From Octopus vulgaris (lineage: Eukaryota), in assembly GCA_951406725.2 (NCBI GenBank), contig OX597827.1:58900001-58964000 (forward strand): a DNA stretch of 64,000 nt. The letters run 5' to 3'. A program made the translations under genes and the position numbers. This document shows positions 1 to 12,272 of this stretch, in pieces. Numbering within the stretch: position 1 is the first letter of the stretch; the number at the start of each line of letters is the position of its first letter. The notes below the pieces were generated by a model. It ran no database searches. It saw nothing but the letters and a program-made list of their open reading frames with translations, and was not told the origin of the DNA.

Positions 1-360
1 CAGATCAGGTAAAGAGTGTCATTCTGGGTACACTCATGATCAGAAAATAAAAAATAACTGGGGTGGCAACAGCAGGAATGCATTTGATCATTGACCTTGT
101 ACAATAAGTTTTATGTGGGAAATGCATTTGATAGATTTGTTCAGTAATGCTTATGTGGTTAAAGAACAACAATAAAATATTAAAAAAAAAAGAGCTAAAT
201 ATGTAAGATGACCCATCCTTGAAAACAGACAACAATACCTACAAATGCTACCAGTTATAGCAACAAATGGGAGTAGTAGTATTGCTTTTGGTGATGGTAC
301 TTCTGTAACAATTCAAACATGATTAAATGACAGACAAGAATAAACAATGAAAACTATTTA

Positions 361-404
361 TGATAATGATAATAATAATAATGATAATAATAACAATAAT
401 AATG

Positions 405-436
<32 letters not shown>

Positions 437-462
437 TATTATTATTATTATTATTATTATTA
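361..462. repeat. (AAT)n(TAT)n head-to-head microsatellite
   Basis: read directly from sequence. Confidence 0.95.
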
Positions 463-467
463 TGTTA

Positions 468-643
468 TTCTTTTACTTGTTTCAGTCATTTTGACTGTGT
501 CCATGCTGGAGCACTGCATTCAGTCGAGCAAATCAACCCCAGGACTTATTCTTATGTTGAACCACAAAGTTACGGGGACGTAAACACACCAGCATCGGTT
601 GTCAAGCGATGTTGGGACGCACACACAAACATATACATACATG

Positions 644-709
<66 letters not shown>

Positions 710-1180
710 CATATATACTAAGTTATGGGGATGTAAACACACCAGCATTGGTTGTCAAGCGATATTAGGGGCACAAACACAGACACACAAACATATACAC
801 ACACATACATATATATATATATACATATACGGCAGACGAAATACCGCTAAGCATTTTGCCTGGCATGCTAACGATTCTGCCAGCTCGCTGCCCTAAAGAA
901 TATTACAGTGCTAACAACAATATACAAGTGGAAGAGGATCCACATTATAACAATTTATTTCATTGTTTATACATTGTTTTGTCTCGAATTAATATTATAT
1001 ATACATATACATAAATACGATGGGCTTCTTTCAGTTTCCATCTACCAAATCCACTCACAAGGCTTTGGTTGGCCTAAGGCTATAGTAGAAGACACTTGTC
1101 CAAGGTGCCACACAGTGGGACTGAACCCGGAATCATGTGGCTGGTAAGCAAGCTACTTACCACACACCCACTCCTATGCC
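468..1180 (-). mobile_element. SINE family A, rearranged copy
   Basis: family A segments with an internal duplication (720-828) and an inverted insert (829-954). Confidence 0.8.
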
Positions 1181-1335
1181 TACATGAAATATTTTTCAAT
1201 GTCGTCTGAATGAATTGTTTATTTTTTTATGAATTTCAATGTTGTCCACATCAATTGTTTATATCCTCGTCACCATTGTTATAATGTGGATCCTCTTCCA
1301 CTTGTATATTGTTGTTAGCACTGTAATATTCTTTA

Positions 1336-1570
1336 GGGCAGCGAGCTGGCAGAATCGTTAGCACGCCAGGCAAAATGCTTAGCGGTATTTCGTCTGCCGT
1401 TAAGTTCTGAGTTCAAATTCCACCGAGGTCAACTTTGCCTTCCATCCTTTCAGGGTCAATTAAATAAGTACCAGTTACGCACTGGGGTCGATGTAATGGA
1501 CTTAATGCCTTTGTCTGTCCTTGTTTGCCCCCTCTATGTTTAACCCCCTGTGGGCAATAAAGAAATAAAT
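1336..1570 (+). mobile_element. SINE family B (tRNA-like head, Deu/Nin-like domain)
   Basis: GAGCTGGCAGAATCGTTAGC head, GAGTTCAAATTCC B-box, GCCTTYCATCCTTTC.GGGTC.AT.AA.TAAGTACCAG domain, AATAAAGAAATAA tail. Confidence 0.85.
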
Positions 1571-3220
1571 ATTCTTGTCACCACTATTATGTTGTGGCAG
1601 TATGCTGCATCTTATTGCCTTTGACTCATCTATCGGGCTTTCTCTGATAGCTCCGCAAGACAATGACTTTGAACTGTCCCTTCACAGTAACTCAAACTTG
1701 TATACATCATCTAACTGACACTAACTCTAACCAAGAAACTTGCTCAATGAATCTACTATTACTGACAGACCATCTGACTTTGTAGTGGCTATCAAATAAA
1801 CTTTCTTTTCATTTACATATTTGCATAACAAAAAATTAACTTTATAATCTTTCTATAAGTCTACTATTGCAAACAACATTTTATACTACCACAATAACAA
1901 TGTCAACGTCACATTTTCTATATGAGTGTGTATGTGTCTGTCAGTGTGTGTGTATGTTTGCATGTTCATTACCTACATTAAGCTGATGACTGAGAAGTAT
2001 ATGTGTCTGACTGTATGTGAGAGTGTATATGTGTGTGAATATACATACATTTTTCTGACAAATCAAACACACACACGCATTTTTGTGATGAATGTAGCAC
2101 AGAACTATACCTCAAATAGCCATGTGATACAACCAGAAAATGCAATTCCTTAAAATTAAGACCATAATTTGATCATTTATATCTATTAAGAACAGGAACC
2201 TGGAGAGCCAATTGTTAGTTACATAGAAACTGTAAAAAACGTGGAATTTACATGTTGGATCTGACATTCAGATCTAATTGATGAGACATGTTCCACATCA
2301 CTTCTCAATGCTCACTACTTCATTCATTGTGGAAACAGCGATTTAGCTATCTCATTAGGGCTTCTCAACTGAAGGTGACATATACTACATATGTGTGGCA
2401 AATATACACATTTGAAATCTCAGCCAAGAATTGAAATGTTTTGTGTTCTCCTTTCCATTATTCTCTGGGTTTGCACTCAGAATTTATGGGCGTTATTTTG
2501 TCAAATTCCAAATTAGGTTAAACTCAGTTCAACCCAGGCAAATCACCAGATTTCTGTTGTTTATACTGACCTAGATCTAATTTTAGCACAAGTAATAAAT
2601 ACAAGACACTTCTAACAGAATATCCTTACTTTCCTCAATGATCATCATCAGGGGTAAAGTCTGTCTTACTGTCTCTTTATTCAAAGCTATCACAGATGTA
2701 GCATCTCTCTTTCTTTTTTTCTATCTCCTTTTTTTTCATCACCCAACTACCTATATCAACTAGCTTGTCGTCAATGATATAACACATGAGCCTTATTACT
2801 GTCTGACTCCTTTTACATTAACTTAGGATACTTTCTACAACAACCAGAAATTCTCTAACAGACTAACGTTTGTTATCCGCTTCTCCAACTCTGATGTTAT
2901 TAAATCTTGTAATGATTAAGTAAAAACTATTTCTACTGTCAATTTATTTCAAGAATCCTGAAATTACTAACATGCAGTCTTTTACATCGTGGCCTATCTT
3001 CAAATGCAGCCTTCACAAAACATCAAACCAAAATGAAGTACATCATTTCCTTTTCATGACCCCTACATATCACATACAACCATTACAAATAGTGACACCC
3101 AGCACTTCTAATCAGCTTACATCTTGGCTGTTATAATTAGTAATCCTTTTCACATGAACTAATTAGTTGTTATCACAAATTCAGTAAGAACTTGACAGAT
3201 GCTGTAATAATATATTATAT

Positions 3221-3630
3221 ACTCTCTTTTACTCTTTTACTTGTTTCAGTCATTCGACTGCGGCCATGCTGGAGCACCACCTTTAGTCGAGCAACTCGAC
3301 CCCGGGACTTATTCTTTGTAAGCCCAGTACTTATTCTATCGGTCTCTTTTGCCGAACTGCTAAGTGACAGGGACGTAAACACACCAGCATCAGTTGTCAA
3401 GCAATGCTAGGGGGACAAACACAGACACACAAACACACACACATACATATATATATATACATATATACGACAGGCTTCTTTCAGTTTCCGTCTACCAAAT
3501 CCACTCACAAGGCATTGGTCGGCCCAGGGCTATAGCAGAAGACACTTGCCCAAGATGCCATGCAGTGGGACTGAACCCGGAACCATGTGGTTGGTTAGCA
3601 AGCTACTTACCACACAGCCACTCCTGCGCC
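3221..3630 (-). mobile_element. SINE family A (tRNA-derived, CORE-like), full length
   Basis: A-box TGGCTGTGTGGT, B-box GGTTCAGTCC, CORE-like CTTGGGCAAGTGTCTT, internal (GT/AT)n, (AGTAAAAG)n tail; more than 20 copies or fragments in window. Confidence 0.88.
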
Positions 3631-3961
3631 TTTGTCTTTTTTACTCGTTTCCGTCATAAGATTGCAGTTATGTTGGGGTACCGCCTTGAAGGGTTTAGTA
3701 AAACAAATTGACCCCCCCCCCCGCCCAGTAATTTAATATTTTCTCAAGCCTAGTACTTATGCTATTGGTCTCTTTTGCTGAATGCTAAGTTACAGGACAT
3801 AAACAAACTAACACTGGTTCTCAAGTGGTGGTGAGGGACAAATACACAGACACATACACACACAGATATGGACATATGATGGGCTTCTTTCAGTTTCCAT
3901 CTACCATATCCACTCATAAATCCACTTTGGTCAGCCCAAGGCAAAAGTAGAAGATACTCAA

Positions 3962-4170
3962 ATGTGACACGACAAGCACTTGACTGGAACCCGCAGGGGA
4001 AAAGTAAGCGTGGACGCCCGAAGCAGACATGGAAGCGGAGCATTCTGGATGAGCTGAGGACCACCGGCCTGACATGGGAAGCAGCCACGAAACATGCCAA
4101 TGACAGCAAAAAGTGGAAAACAACTGTTGAGGCCCTATGCTCCACAAGGGACAAAAAGGATTCAGAAGAA
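3962..4170 (+). mobile_element. RTE-like LINE 3' end
   Basis: TRQALDWNPQGKSKRGRPKQTWKRSI...WKTTVEALC (ORF 3964..4194). Confidence 0.82.
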
Positions 4171-4579
4171 GCGCCCATAAGCCCACAAGATTAGGACCAC
4201 TCAACAAAAGAGGGATGTAAGGGACATGCCTGTGTGCAAGATCAACCATGTATTTACTTGGCTTGATATGACTTCCTAATCACAACAAACAACCTGGATA
4301 ATATTTTTCAAGGAGGAAGTATATTAAAGGGCGAAACGTTTTAGCATTTGGAAAGCAAAAGAATAGTAAATTAATAGGTCATATAAAAAGATAGATGAAG
4401 GAGGTTAAAACATAAAGTAGGTTGAATTTAATGATAGCAAGCATAGCGTGACCATGATGAGAAAGAAATCAAAAGGATCGGTGACCATAAAAACTAACAT
4501 AAATCTCAAAAGATTACTTAAAAGTTTTATTTATTTTTGGCTTGTTATCATCCTAGGTAGAAATCCTATATTAATTTTA

Positions 4580-4770
4580 TTATTACCCTGCATGTGTAAG
4601 CAAAAGCAGGGTATTGTAGTCGCTCGTCTTTGTCTGTCTGTGTGTTTGCAAAATTACTGGAAAACAATCAAACAGATTTTCCCCAAATTTGGCATAAATA
4701 CTCATTGGGTGAGTGGCTCAAACTCATTAAACTTTGGTTTGATTATCTTCAAAACTGGCAGACAAATGAA
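4580..4770 (+). mobile_element. DINE/HINE-like element
   Basis: TTATTACCCTGC...GCAGGGTATT hairpin followed by GTCTGTCTGT; inverted copy at about 27530-27683. Confidence 0.55.
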
Positions 4771-5440
4771 TCAAAATGTATTTTTTCCTTGTTACATATA
4801 CATAAACAATAAGCAGGAGAAATAACTCTTGATGTCATTTTGTTGAAATAGGAATTTGTCTGGGAATATATTTATTAAATTAAATTCTATTTTATCCTTG
4901 TGTGCATCACTCCTTCCGATGCCTTTTTTTTTCAATTTTGTATTTAACTTTACTTTCATTTGATCATTTTTACCCAAAATACACTAATATATACACATGT
5001 GCTGTTGGCATTTTCTTTTTCTTTTTTGGACTTTTCCCTTTTTCCTTTCTGATGATGAGCTGTGCTCAAAATGTCAAACTCTCTTTTCACCAAGCGTCAA
5101 GCTAATACATTCCATGTGCATGTCCTCTTGTTATCCATTAATGTTATTCGCTTATTTGAATTGATTATATATATATAAAGGGGTTTGTATGATTGTGTAT
5201 AGAGGGATATATATTATTCAAAGGAATTCCAACTCTGTCTGTTTTTTATGTTTTATTTATATTCCTTATAATATTAATGTAGAATATAGAATATATAGTA
5301 TATATAGTAAAATGAAATGAAGTATTGATTGTCTTATTGAATAGATGAAATATTGAATATCAAATATTAAGGGACTAGTATACTTTCTTGCATTAAAGCA
5401 GTCTACAAGGTCCCACGTTGTGACAGGAGTGTTTCAACTG

Positions 5441-5483
<43 letters not shown>

Positions 5484-6307
5484 GATAGGCTTCTTTTAGT
5501 TTTCATCTACAAAGTCTACTCAAAAATCATTGATCAGCCTGACTGATGCTATAGTAGAAGACACTTGCCCAAGGTGCCACTCAGTGAATGTGAACCTGAA
5601 ACAATGTGGTTAGGAAAACAAACTTCATACCACACAACCACTTCTGCACCTTCAACAAGAAATGTTAAATACCAACTGACAGACATTTAGTTGTGTGTGT
5701 GTGTGTGTTCAGATGTTCATTCATTTGTGTGCTAAGGTATCCCTGTGTCCATTTGTATATGTAAGCATGAAAAACTATGAGTTATGTTGTGCCAGGTTGA
5801 AATCCAAATATGGTGATTTACTCAATGAGAAGACAGCAAGCGAGGATTTCACATGTTGTGTATGATCATTAGTGGATTAAGTGAAACATTAAGTGCTTAG
5901 ACGTCACTCAGAGAATAAACAATGATTTCAAAACCAGTATGTAAGTGAATATTGAATTACTTTTCTAAATACACAAAACATACTTCCTGATATTGGATTA
6001 CCAAATGAAACAGTACATAGAACCCAAGAAACAACAATAATAACACTTAAAATCATTATAATTTCTAACATAGACAGAAAACCAGAAATTTGTGTGGTAG
6101 GGAAACAGTTTACTATGTTGACTCTAGTAACTGGTTGGTACTATATTTCATTGATTCCCCCCACGAAAAAGATGAAAGGTGAAGTTGATCTTAGAATGCA
6201 AAGAGCCAAAACAAATTATGAAAGACATTTTGTTTGATGTTCTCATCAATCTATCAATTCCACACTCTAAAATGCTGTAGTGTTTCAGCTAATCCATTAT
6301 AATAATA

Positions 6308-6347
<40 letters not shown>

Positions 6348-6786
6348 TGATGATAATCCTTTCTACTAAAGGCACAAGGCCTGAAATTTTGGGTGAGGGG
6401 TACTAATTGATCACTAGTGTTTCACTAGTACTTAATTTATTGACCCATGAAAGGCAAAGTTGACCTCAGTGGAATTTGAAATCAGAACGTAAAGAGAGGC
6501 AAAATGTTTGCTAAGCATTTTGCCCAGCATGCTAATGATTCTGCCAACTTGCCAGCATGATGATGATGGCGGTGGCATCGGTGGTGATAGTGGTGATGAT
6601 GATGACTGGATTCAAAACACTTTCAATACAGTAACCATAAGAGCATCACAACAAACCACAGCACATACCCAAGGCACACAGAGCTGCGCTCGGTAGTGAA
6701 GTGAAAGCACGATATAAAAATAAAACTACTGAATAATAATAATAATAACAATAATAATTGTGTGCATATCAAACTAAGGGACTTAC

Positions 6787-6794
6787 AAAGACAC
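6787..6794 (-). CDS. unc79: candidate UNC79 8-nt microexon
   Basis: cctaactgac...ttcccttattttgcaatag|GTGTCTTT|gtaagt; restores frame after the 25-nt candidate; unverified. Confidence 0.45.
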
Positions 6795-7199
6795 CTATTG
6801 CAAAATAAGGGAACTTTGCTAGTGTCAGTTAGGAATGAGGGAGTATCGAACTCCATGATTACATGACTTGGAATACATATGTACATATATGCCTATGTAC
6901 ATATTTTTTCTATTTAATCCTGCTTCTATTTATTATCCCAGCCTTATTACGTTTTGAAATTGAATCAGGAAATATCTTTAAGCTACTTGAGTGAAGGAAA
7001 TAACAAACTAATGGACTGCTTAAAGTCTTATTTATAAACAACTTCCGGAATTAACAAAAAAATCTTAATTCAAAACAGATTTTCCTTAATGTCTTGTAGA
7101 TTTTGGTAACTCTTCCCCTTTCTTCCTTTCAAAATATTTTTTTACTTTAAATTATTAAGTTGTTTTCTATATATAAATGACAAGCTGGAACAGGTATGA

Positions 7200-7805
7200 G
7201 TGAAAGAAAATTTTTGTATAGATATAGCCCACTTATGCATGCCTTTCCTCCCTTGGACACACAAAGACCTGTTGAGGCAAGCGAAGTCGATATCGAACCT
7301 CATCCGACGACAGGCACCTTTGCTTGCGAAGACCTGTTGGGGCAAGTGAAATCGGAATCGAAATTGAACCAATCCTATGACTGGCACTCGGCAGATGCCA
7401 GGACCCCTGGACTGGAGATACGTAAAAAGCACCATCCGAATCGTGGCCGATGCCAGCGCTGCCTCGACTGGCTTCCGTGTTGGTGGCACGTAAAAAGCAC
7501 CATCCGAATCGTGGCCGAAGCCAGTGCCGCCTCGACTGGCTTCCATGCAGGTGGCACGTAAAATGCACCAATCCGACCGTGGCCGATGCCAGCCTCGCCT
7601 GGCACCAGTGTAGGTGGCACGTAAAAAGCACCCACTACACTCACGGAGTGGTTGGCGTTAGGAAGGGCATCCAGCTGTAGAAACATTGCCAGATAAGACC
7701 GGAGCCTGGTGCAGCCTTCTGGCTTCCCAGATCCCCGGTCGAACCGTCCAACCCATGCTAGCATGGAGAACGGACGTTAAACGATGATGATGATGATGAT
7801 GATGA
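7200..7805 (+). mobile_element. family C retroposon, (GAT)n tail, internal ~63-68 bp tandem units
   Basis: CGTAAAAAGCACC-type units at 7421, 7489, 7557, 7620; GGTTGGCGTTAGGAAGGGCATCCAGC; ends GGACGTTAAAC(GAT)n; CpG-rich. Confidence 0.85.
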
Positions 7806-8689
7806 TATCATCAGTATCAACATCATCAGCTTAACATCCACTTTTCCATGCTTGCATGGATCAGACAAAATTTGTTGAGGGAGATTTTCTAAAGTTGGAT
7901 GTACTCCTTATTGCCAACCAGTTTTTCTTTTAAAGCCTGGTACTTACTGTATCAGTCTCTTTTTGTTGAATCGCTAAGTTATAGAGACGTAAACACACCA
8001 AGTCTCATTGTCAAGCTGGGGTGAGGATAAATACAACACAAACATGTCCATAGCTAAATATGTTTGTATAGGAAACCAGAAATGAGGAACACCACTTGTA
8101 AGACAGTGACATGATCATTTATGACTATTGTCATCGTTAATGAGATAGAGAGAGTAATATCATCATCATCATCATCATCGTTTAACATCCGCTTTCCATG
8201 CTAGCATGGGTTGGATGATTTGACTGAGGACTGGCGAACCAAATGGCTGCACCAGGCTCCAGTCTTGATCTGGCAGAGTTTCTACAGCTGGATGCCCTTC
8301 CTAATGCCAACCAGTTGAAAACTGTAGAAATGCATATGTAAGACACACACAGACATCTTTTGTTTTATATATATATAGATTACAGGCACAGACATGGTTA
8401 TGTGATAAGCCTGAAATTTTATGGTATTCTAGGAAATTACATTAAACTATGTAATAGATGATATAGAGTAAGTGGTATTGCTTCCCTCACTTCCCTCGTC
8501 TGTGATTCATATACTTGACCCAGTTTTTAGTCCTGATTGTTAACCACTTGTATTTCTACTTCCACTACACTAAAGGACTGAAAAAAAAAAAAACAACAAA
8601 CAAATAACATAATAAAAATTTTCTCACAAAATATTTTCCCTTATGAAACTGTGTCCTTGAAGATACAGAAAAATCAAATTCAAAATTAT

Positions 8690-9081
8690 ACTCTTTACTC
8701 TTTTACTTGTTTCAGTCATTTGACTGTGGCCATGCTGGAGCACCACCTTTAGTCGAGCAAATCGACCCAGGGACTTATTCTTTGTAAGCCCAGTACTTAT
8801 TCTATCGGTCTCTTTTGCTGAACCGCTAAGTAACGGGGACGTAAACACACCAGCATCGGTTGTCAAGCAATGCTAGGGGGACAAACACAGACACACATAT
8901 ATATATATACATATATACGACAGGCTTCTTCCTGTTTCCGTCTACCAAATCCACTCACAAGGCATTGGTCAGCCCGGGGCTGTAGCAGAAGACACTTGCC
9001 CAAGATGCCACGCAGTGGGACTGAACCCGGAAACATGTGGTTGGTTAGCAAGCTACTTACCACACAGCCACTCCTGCGCCT
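8690..9081 (-). mobile_element. SINE family A, full length
   Basis: close match to 3221-3630. Confidence 0.88.
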
Positions 9082-9172
9082 ATACTATGCAATTTACGTG
9101 AATAAGTGTTAGATGAATAAGGAAAACAGACATTAACATATTCATTTCTACTTATCAATCAAGTCATTTATA

Positions 9173-9223
<51 letters not shown>

Positions 9224-9242
9224 CATTACCATTATTATTATT

Positions 9243-10360
9243 TTAGTTTGGCTCAAGTACAGTCTTATTCCTGGTAGATTTATGTGGATAGCAGGTTACT
9301 ATCTGTAACCTTAGGTATCCAGAAGTTTTCAGCAGTCTTTCAAATGCTTAGAATTTTCCTGATAATCCTTGCTGTCCCTAAGAGGCAAACTTTCTGTAGG
9401 AGCTCTACTGGGCATTCTATTTCAATCCCCTTCAGCCATTTGGAAAATGTTTTGCCATGCCAAATAAAACAATTTTAGTATATTAGAAATTATTTGTTTT
9501 CCAAAGGGAATTATATACCATTCGATATAGCTAGAGGTATCTATGTTATTGAAGTATGTATTTCTATTTCTAGAAATACATAGATACCTCTAGCTATACT
9601 GAATGGTATATAATTCTCTTTGGAAAACAAATAATTTCTAATATACCAAAACTGTTTTATTTGGAATTGGCTAAACATTTTCCAAAAGACAGTAAATACT
9701 ATAGAATTTTTAATAAACGCAGTGTTAGATTTGCTTTACTGTTCACATGCTCCAAATTATTCCAAATTCAAAATTCAAGGGATTGTTTTTTTTCTTCTTC
9801 CTTTTTCTTTAAGATCCTGGAATCAAATGGGCATAATGGGTTGATAAGTAGGCAGTTTCACTTTTCCTTATCTATAATCATTATGTCCGGTCTATTACTT
9901 TCTAACTTCCTGTCTGTTTGAATAGGAAAGTCTCACAAAATCATACATTTCTCTGACTCCAGTACTCTTCCAACTTGATGATTGTACCATGAGTTTCCAA
10001 CTTCACTTCTCCATTTCTGGCACAGTTTCCAGTGTAGAACTTTTACAACCTGGCCATGCCTCCATTTCTTATATTCTTCTTGTGCCAACTTGGGGCATTC
10101 TTCCACAATGTATGCCACTGTCTCATTCCAAGTTCCACAGGCTCTACATTTTTCAGACACGTTCTCTCCATATATATTTTTTCTCAAGTCGTTTGCTTAT
10201 ACCACTTGATCTTGGGCTTCTACAATTAGGCTCTCGGTTTCTTTTTTTAATTGCCCCCCTTTTTTTTTTAACTAAGCCCAGGATCAGTGGCTCTCCAAAA
10301 TTGGCTATGCAGAGGTTTCTCTTCAATCTTTCTGATGTACTCTCTTCGTATTTCATTCTT
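9243..10360 (-). mobile_element. R4/Dong-like (RLE) LINE 3' fragment interrupted by a hairpin insert
   Basis: KCRACGTWNETVAYIVEECPKLAQEEYKKWRH..LHWKLC (ORF 9933..10187), NRPDI, C-terminus LLQKVCLLGTARIIRKILSI*; (TAA)n on both sides. Confidence 0.87.
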
Positions 10361-10364
10361 GTCC

Positions 10365-10412
<48 letters not shown>

Positions 10413-10419
10413 TATTATA

Positions 10420-10580
10420 GACGTTACACAGTATACAATATCATGAGGTTGTTGATTGAAGATATCGTGTCTACCGGGGGTTTGTACTGTTTGTCAAGTC
10501 ACAACAAGGACCTCAGACAGATAGTGCTTTATGCAATATGCATGCAGTTCCAGGTAATGCCGACTTTTGCAATGCACCTA
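10420..10580 (-). mobile_element. RLE LINE 3' end, second subfamily
   Basis: ALQKSALPGTACILHKALSV* plus 3' UTR; a near-identical copy lies at about 55315-55470. Confidence 0.7.
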
Positions 10581-11506
10581 AATTCTAATGAATTTCTTCA
10601 TGACTGTCAGTCATGGAATTTCATCCTGAACATTCTTTGTCCACATTGTTAAAAGAGATGAGGTTGGCTTCTTGAGGTTCACCATCTTTTGTAAGCTCCT
10701 GGTGTGAAGGTATTCAAGTCATTTGTATCTAATGTGTCTTATCCTTCAATAGCTTTATCAACACCACAACAAAAGGTTGTGTGTTCAGCAACTTAACATG
10801 TTCTTTCACTTTCCAGTCATAGGTCCATGAAAGAAGTTCCATAGTAGGAATGATTTTTTTCCCCCAGAAGAGACCCTAGTCTCTTATTCCACACATGTTT
10901 TAGTGACAGTACAATCCCTTCATCATGCAACTAGACCTTGAAATAGCAGTGAACCAAAATTCCAGCAGACATTTTCTTTCCTTTTGGTAATCTTTCACTC
11001 TTAAATATTACCATCAACTTTTACTTAATTCTGTTTTCTGTAAACACACAAACTACAGTATATGTGTTTTCATGACTGTGTGGTCTTTACATGAAAAGTT
11101 TTTCTTTCTTTGATATCAACTGTACAGTTTCAACAAGATCAAAACAAAAACGTTTCACTCATATTTTCCCTTTAAGCTACAAAGCATGATGTTTTCTTTG
11201 CTCTAAAATGAAGACGTGAAACAAATTAACGTTATCTACTCAGTCACATTGTAATTTTAAGGAATTCTTTGTTTTCTATTGTAGGCTGTTCATTTCTCCC
11301 CATAAGTTCATTCATCAGAAACTTCAATTAATGGAGTGAGAAATATCTTGGCTGACTTAACTATAACAAAGTTACAATGTAACTTAATGAAATAAATCCT
11401 CTGGTCTATTACCTAGACTAACATTTCCCCCTACATCTATAGAAATAGAACATGCTTGCTTGTATATGAACTTTCATGTTTTTGGCATTTCATTAAGGCT
11501 TCTTAC

Positions 11507-11531
11507 TTGGTTCAAATTCTGACATATTTCT
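11507..11531 (-). CDS. unc79: candidate UNC79 25-nt microexon
   Basis: ttttctgtgtcag|AGAAATATGTCAGAATTTGAACCAA|gtaaga; RNMSEFEP, phase 0-1; in non-repetitive intron sequence; unverified. Confidence 0.5.
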
Positions 11532-11819
11532 CTGACACAGAAAATTCCCTCTCAGCAGCTCTTTACCATTAATGTCAGTAAATTCCATAACTTTTAAGTT
11601 TGAAAACATCAATAGAGGGTTAGCGTTTCCTCTTAAGAGCATTAGTAGCCATTATGACAATATTTGATAGAGGGTAAAATTACACCATTTTATACCTACC
11701 CTTATAAAATTTTATACCTACCCTTATAAAAAATAAAATTACAATGGTGTAATTTTATAAAAATAAAATTACACCATTTTATACCTACAAATAGACCCTT
11801 ATAAAATAAAAGTATAGCA

Positions 11820-12272
11820 CAATTTTTGTCCTTGGGTAGCAATTGTTATTTCCTATTTGCATACTTTTAGAAAGTATGAAAAATGACTAATATTTCCTTC
11901 AAATTTTGCTTTTTTTACATTTATTCAAACCCCAAAGAACTCCTCTCAACACATGGCTATGATGCTTCCCTATTACTCCTGCTTGTGATCAGAGATGCAC
12001 TTATTGTCAGCCACCAAGGGACATGTTCAAGTGGTTAAGGTCAGGCAACTGACAAGCAAATCTGTGGTATTGAGCAGAATATTTGTTATAACAATATTTC
12101 TGCTTCAGCAATTTATTGCTGAATTTGCTTGAAATGTAATGAAAAATAGATCAGTTTCAAAACATTGATGTCCAGGTCACAAAAACAAAGTGTGAAGGGA
12201 ATAGTAGTCATTTCCTTTGATTTCTAGGTAGAAGCAAATAAGATATAACACTTACTGACCAAAGACAAAAAA
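11820..12272. mobile_element. ~450-bp MITE-like element with imperfect TIRs
   Basis: TTTTTGTCCTTGG...TTATTTCCTATTTGC at left, GCAAATAAGATATAAC...CCAAAGACAAAAA at right; full inverted copy at about 57545-57985. Confidence 0.65.

Noticed and set aside
3121-3127. 7-nt microexon candidate (ataacag|CCAAGAT|gtaagc) that would also complement the 8-nt one
   Set aside because: No pyrimidine tract and it lies in what looks like decayed repeat sequence; the 25-nt partner has much better signals.
5700-5950. Unique stretch with a plus-strand gtaagt and a TGACGTC motif
   Set aside because: No coherent exon, snoRNA boxes or other support visible.
6623-6886. ORF SHVIMEFDTPSFLTDTSKVPLFCNR as a larger exon ending at the 6787 donor
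   Set aside because: Its acceptor phase does not fit the upstream phase-0 donor and it has no resemblance to UNC79.
7142-7764. Cluster of overlapping 120-134 aa ORFs on both strands
   Set aside because: GC-rich family C repeat; the same peptides recur at every copy and carry no recognisable domain.
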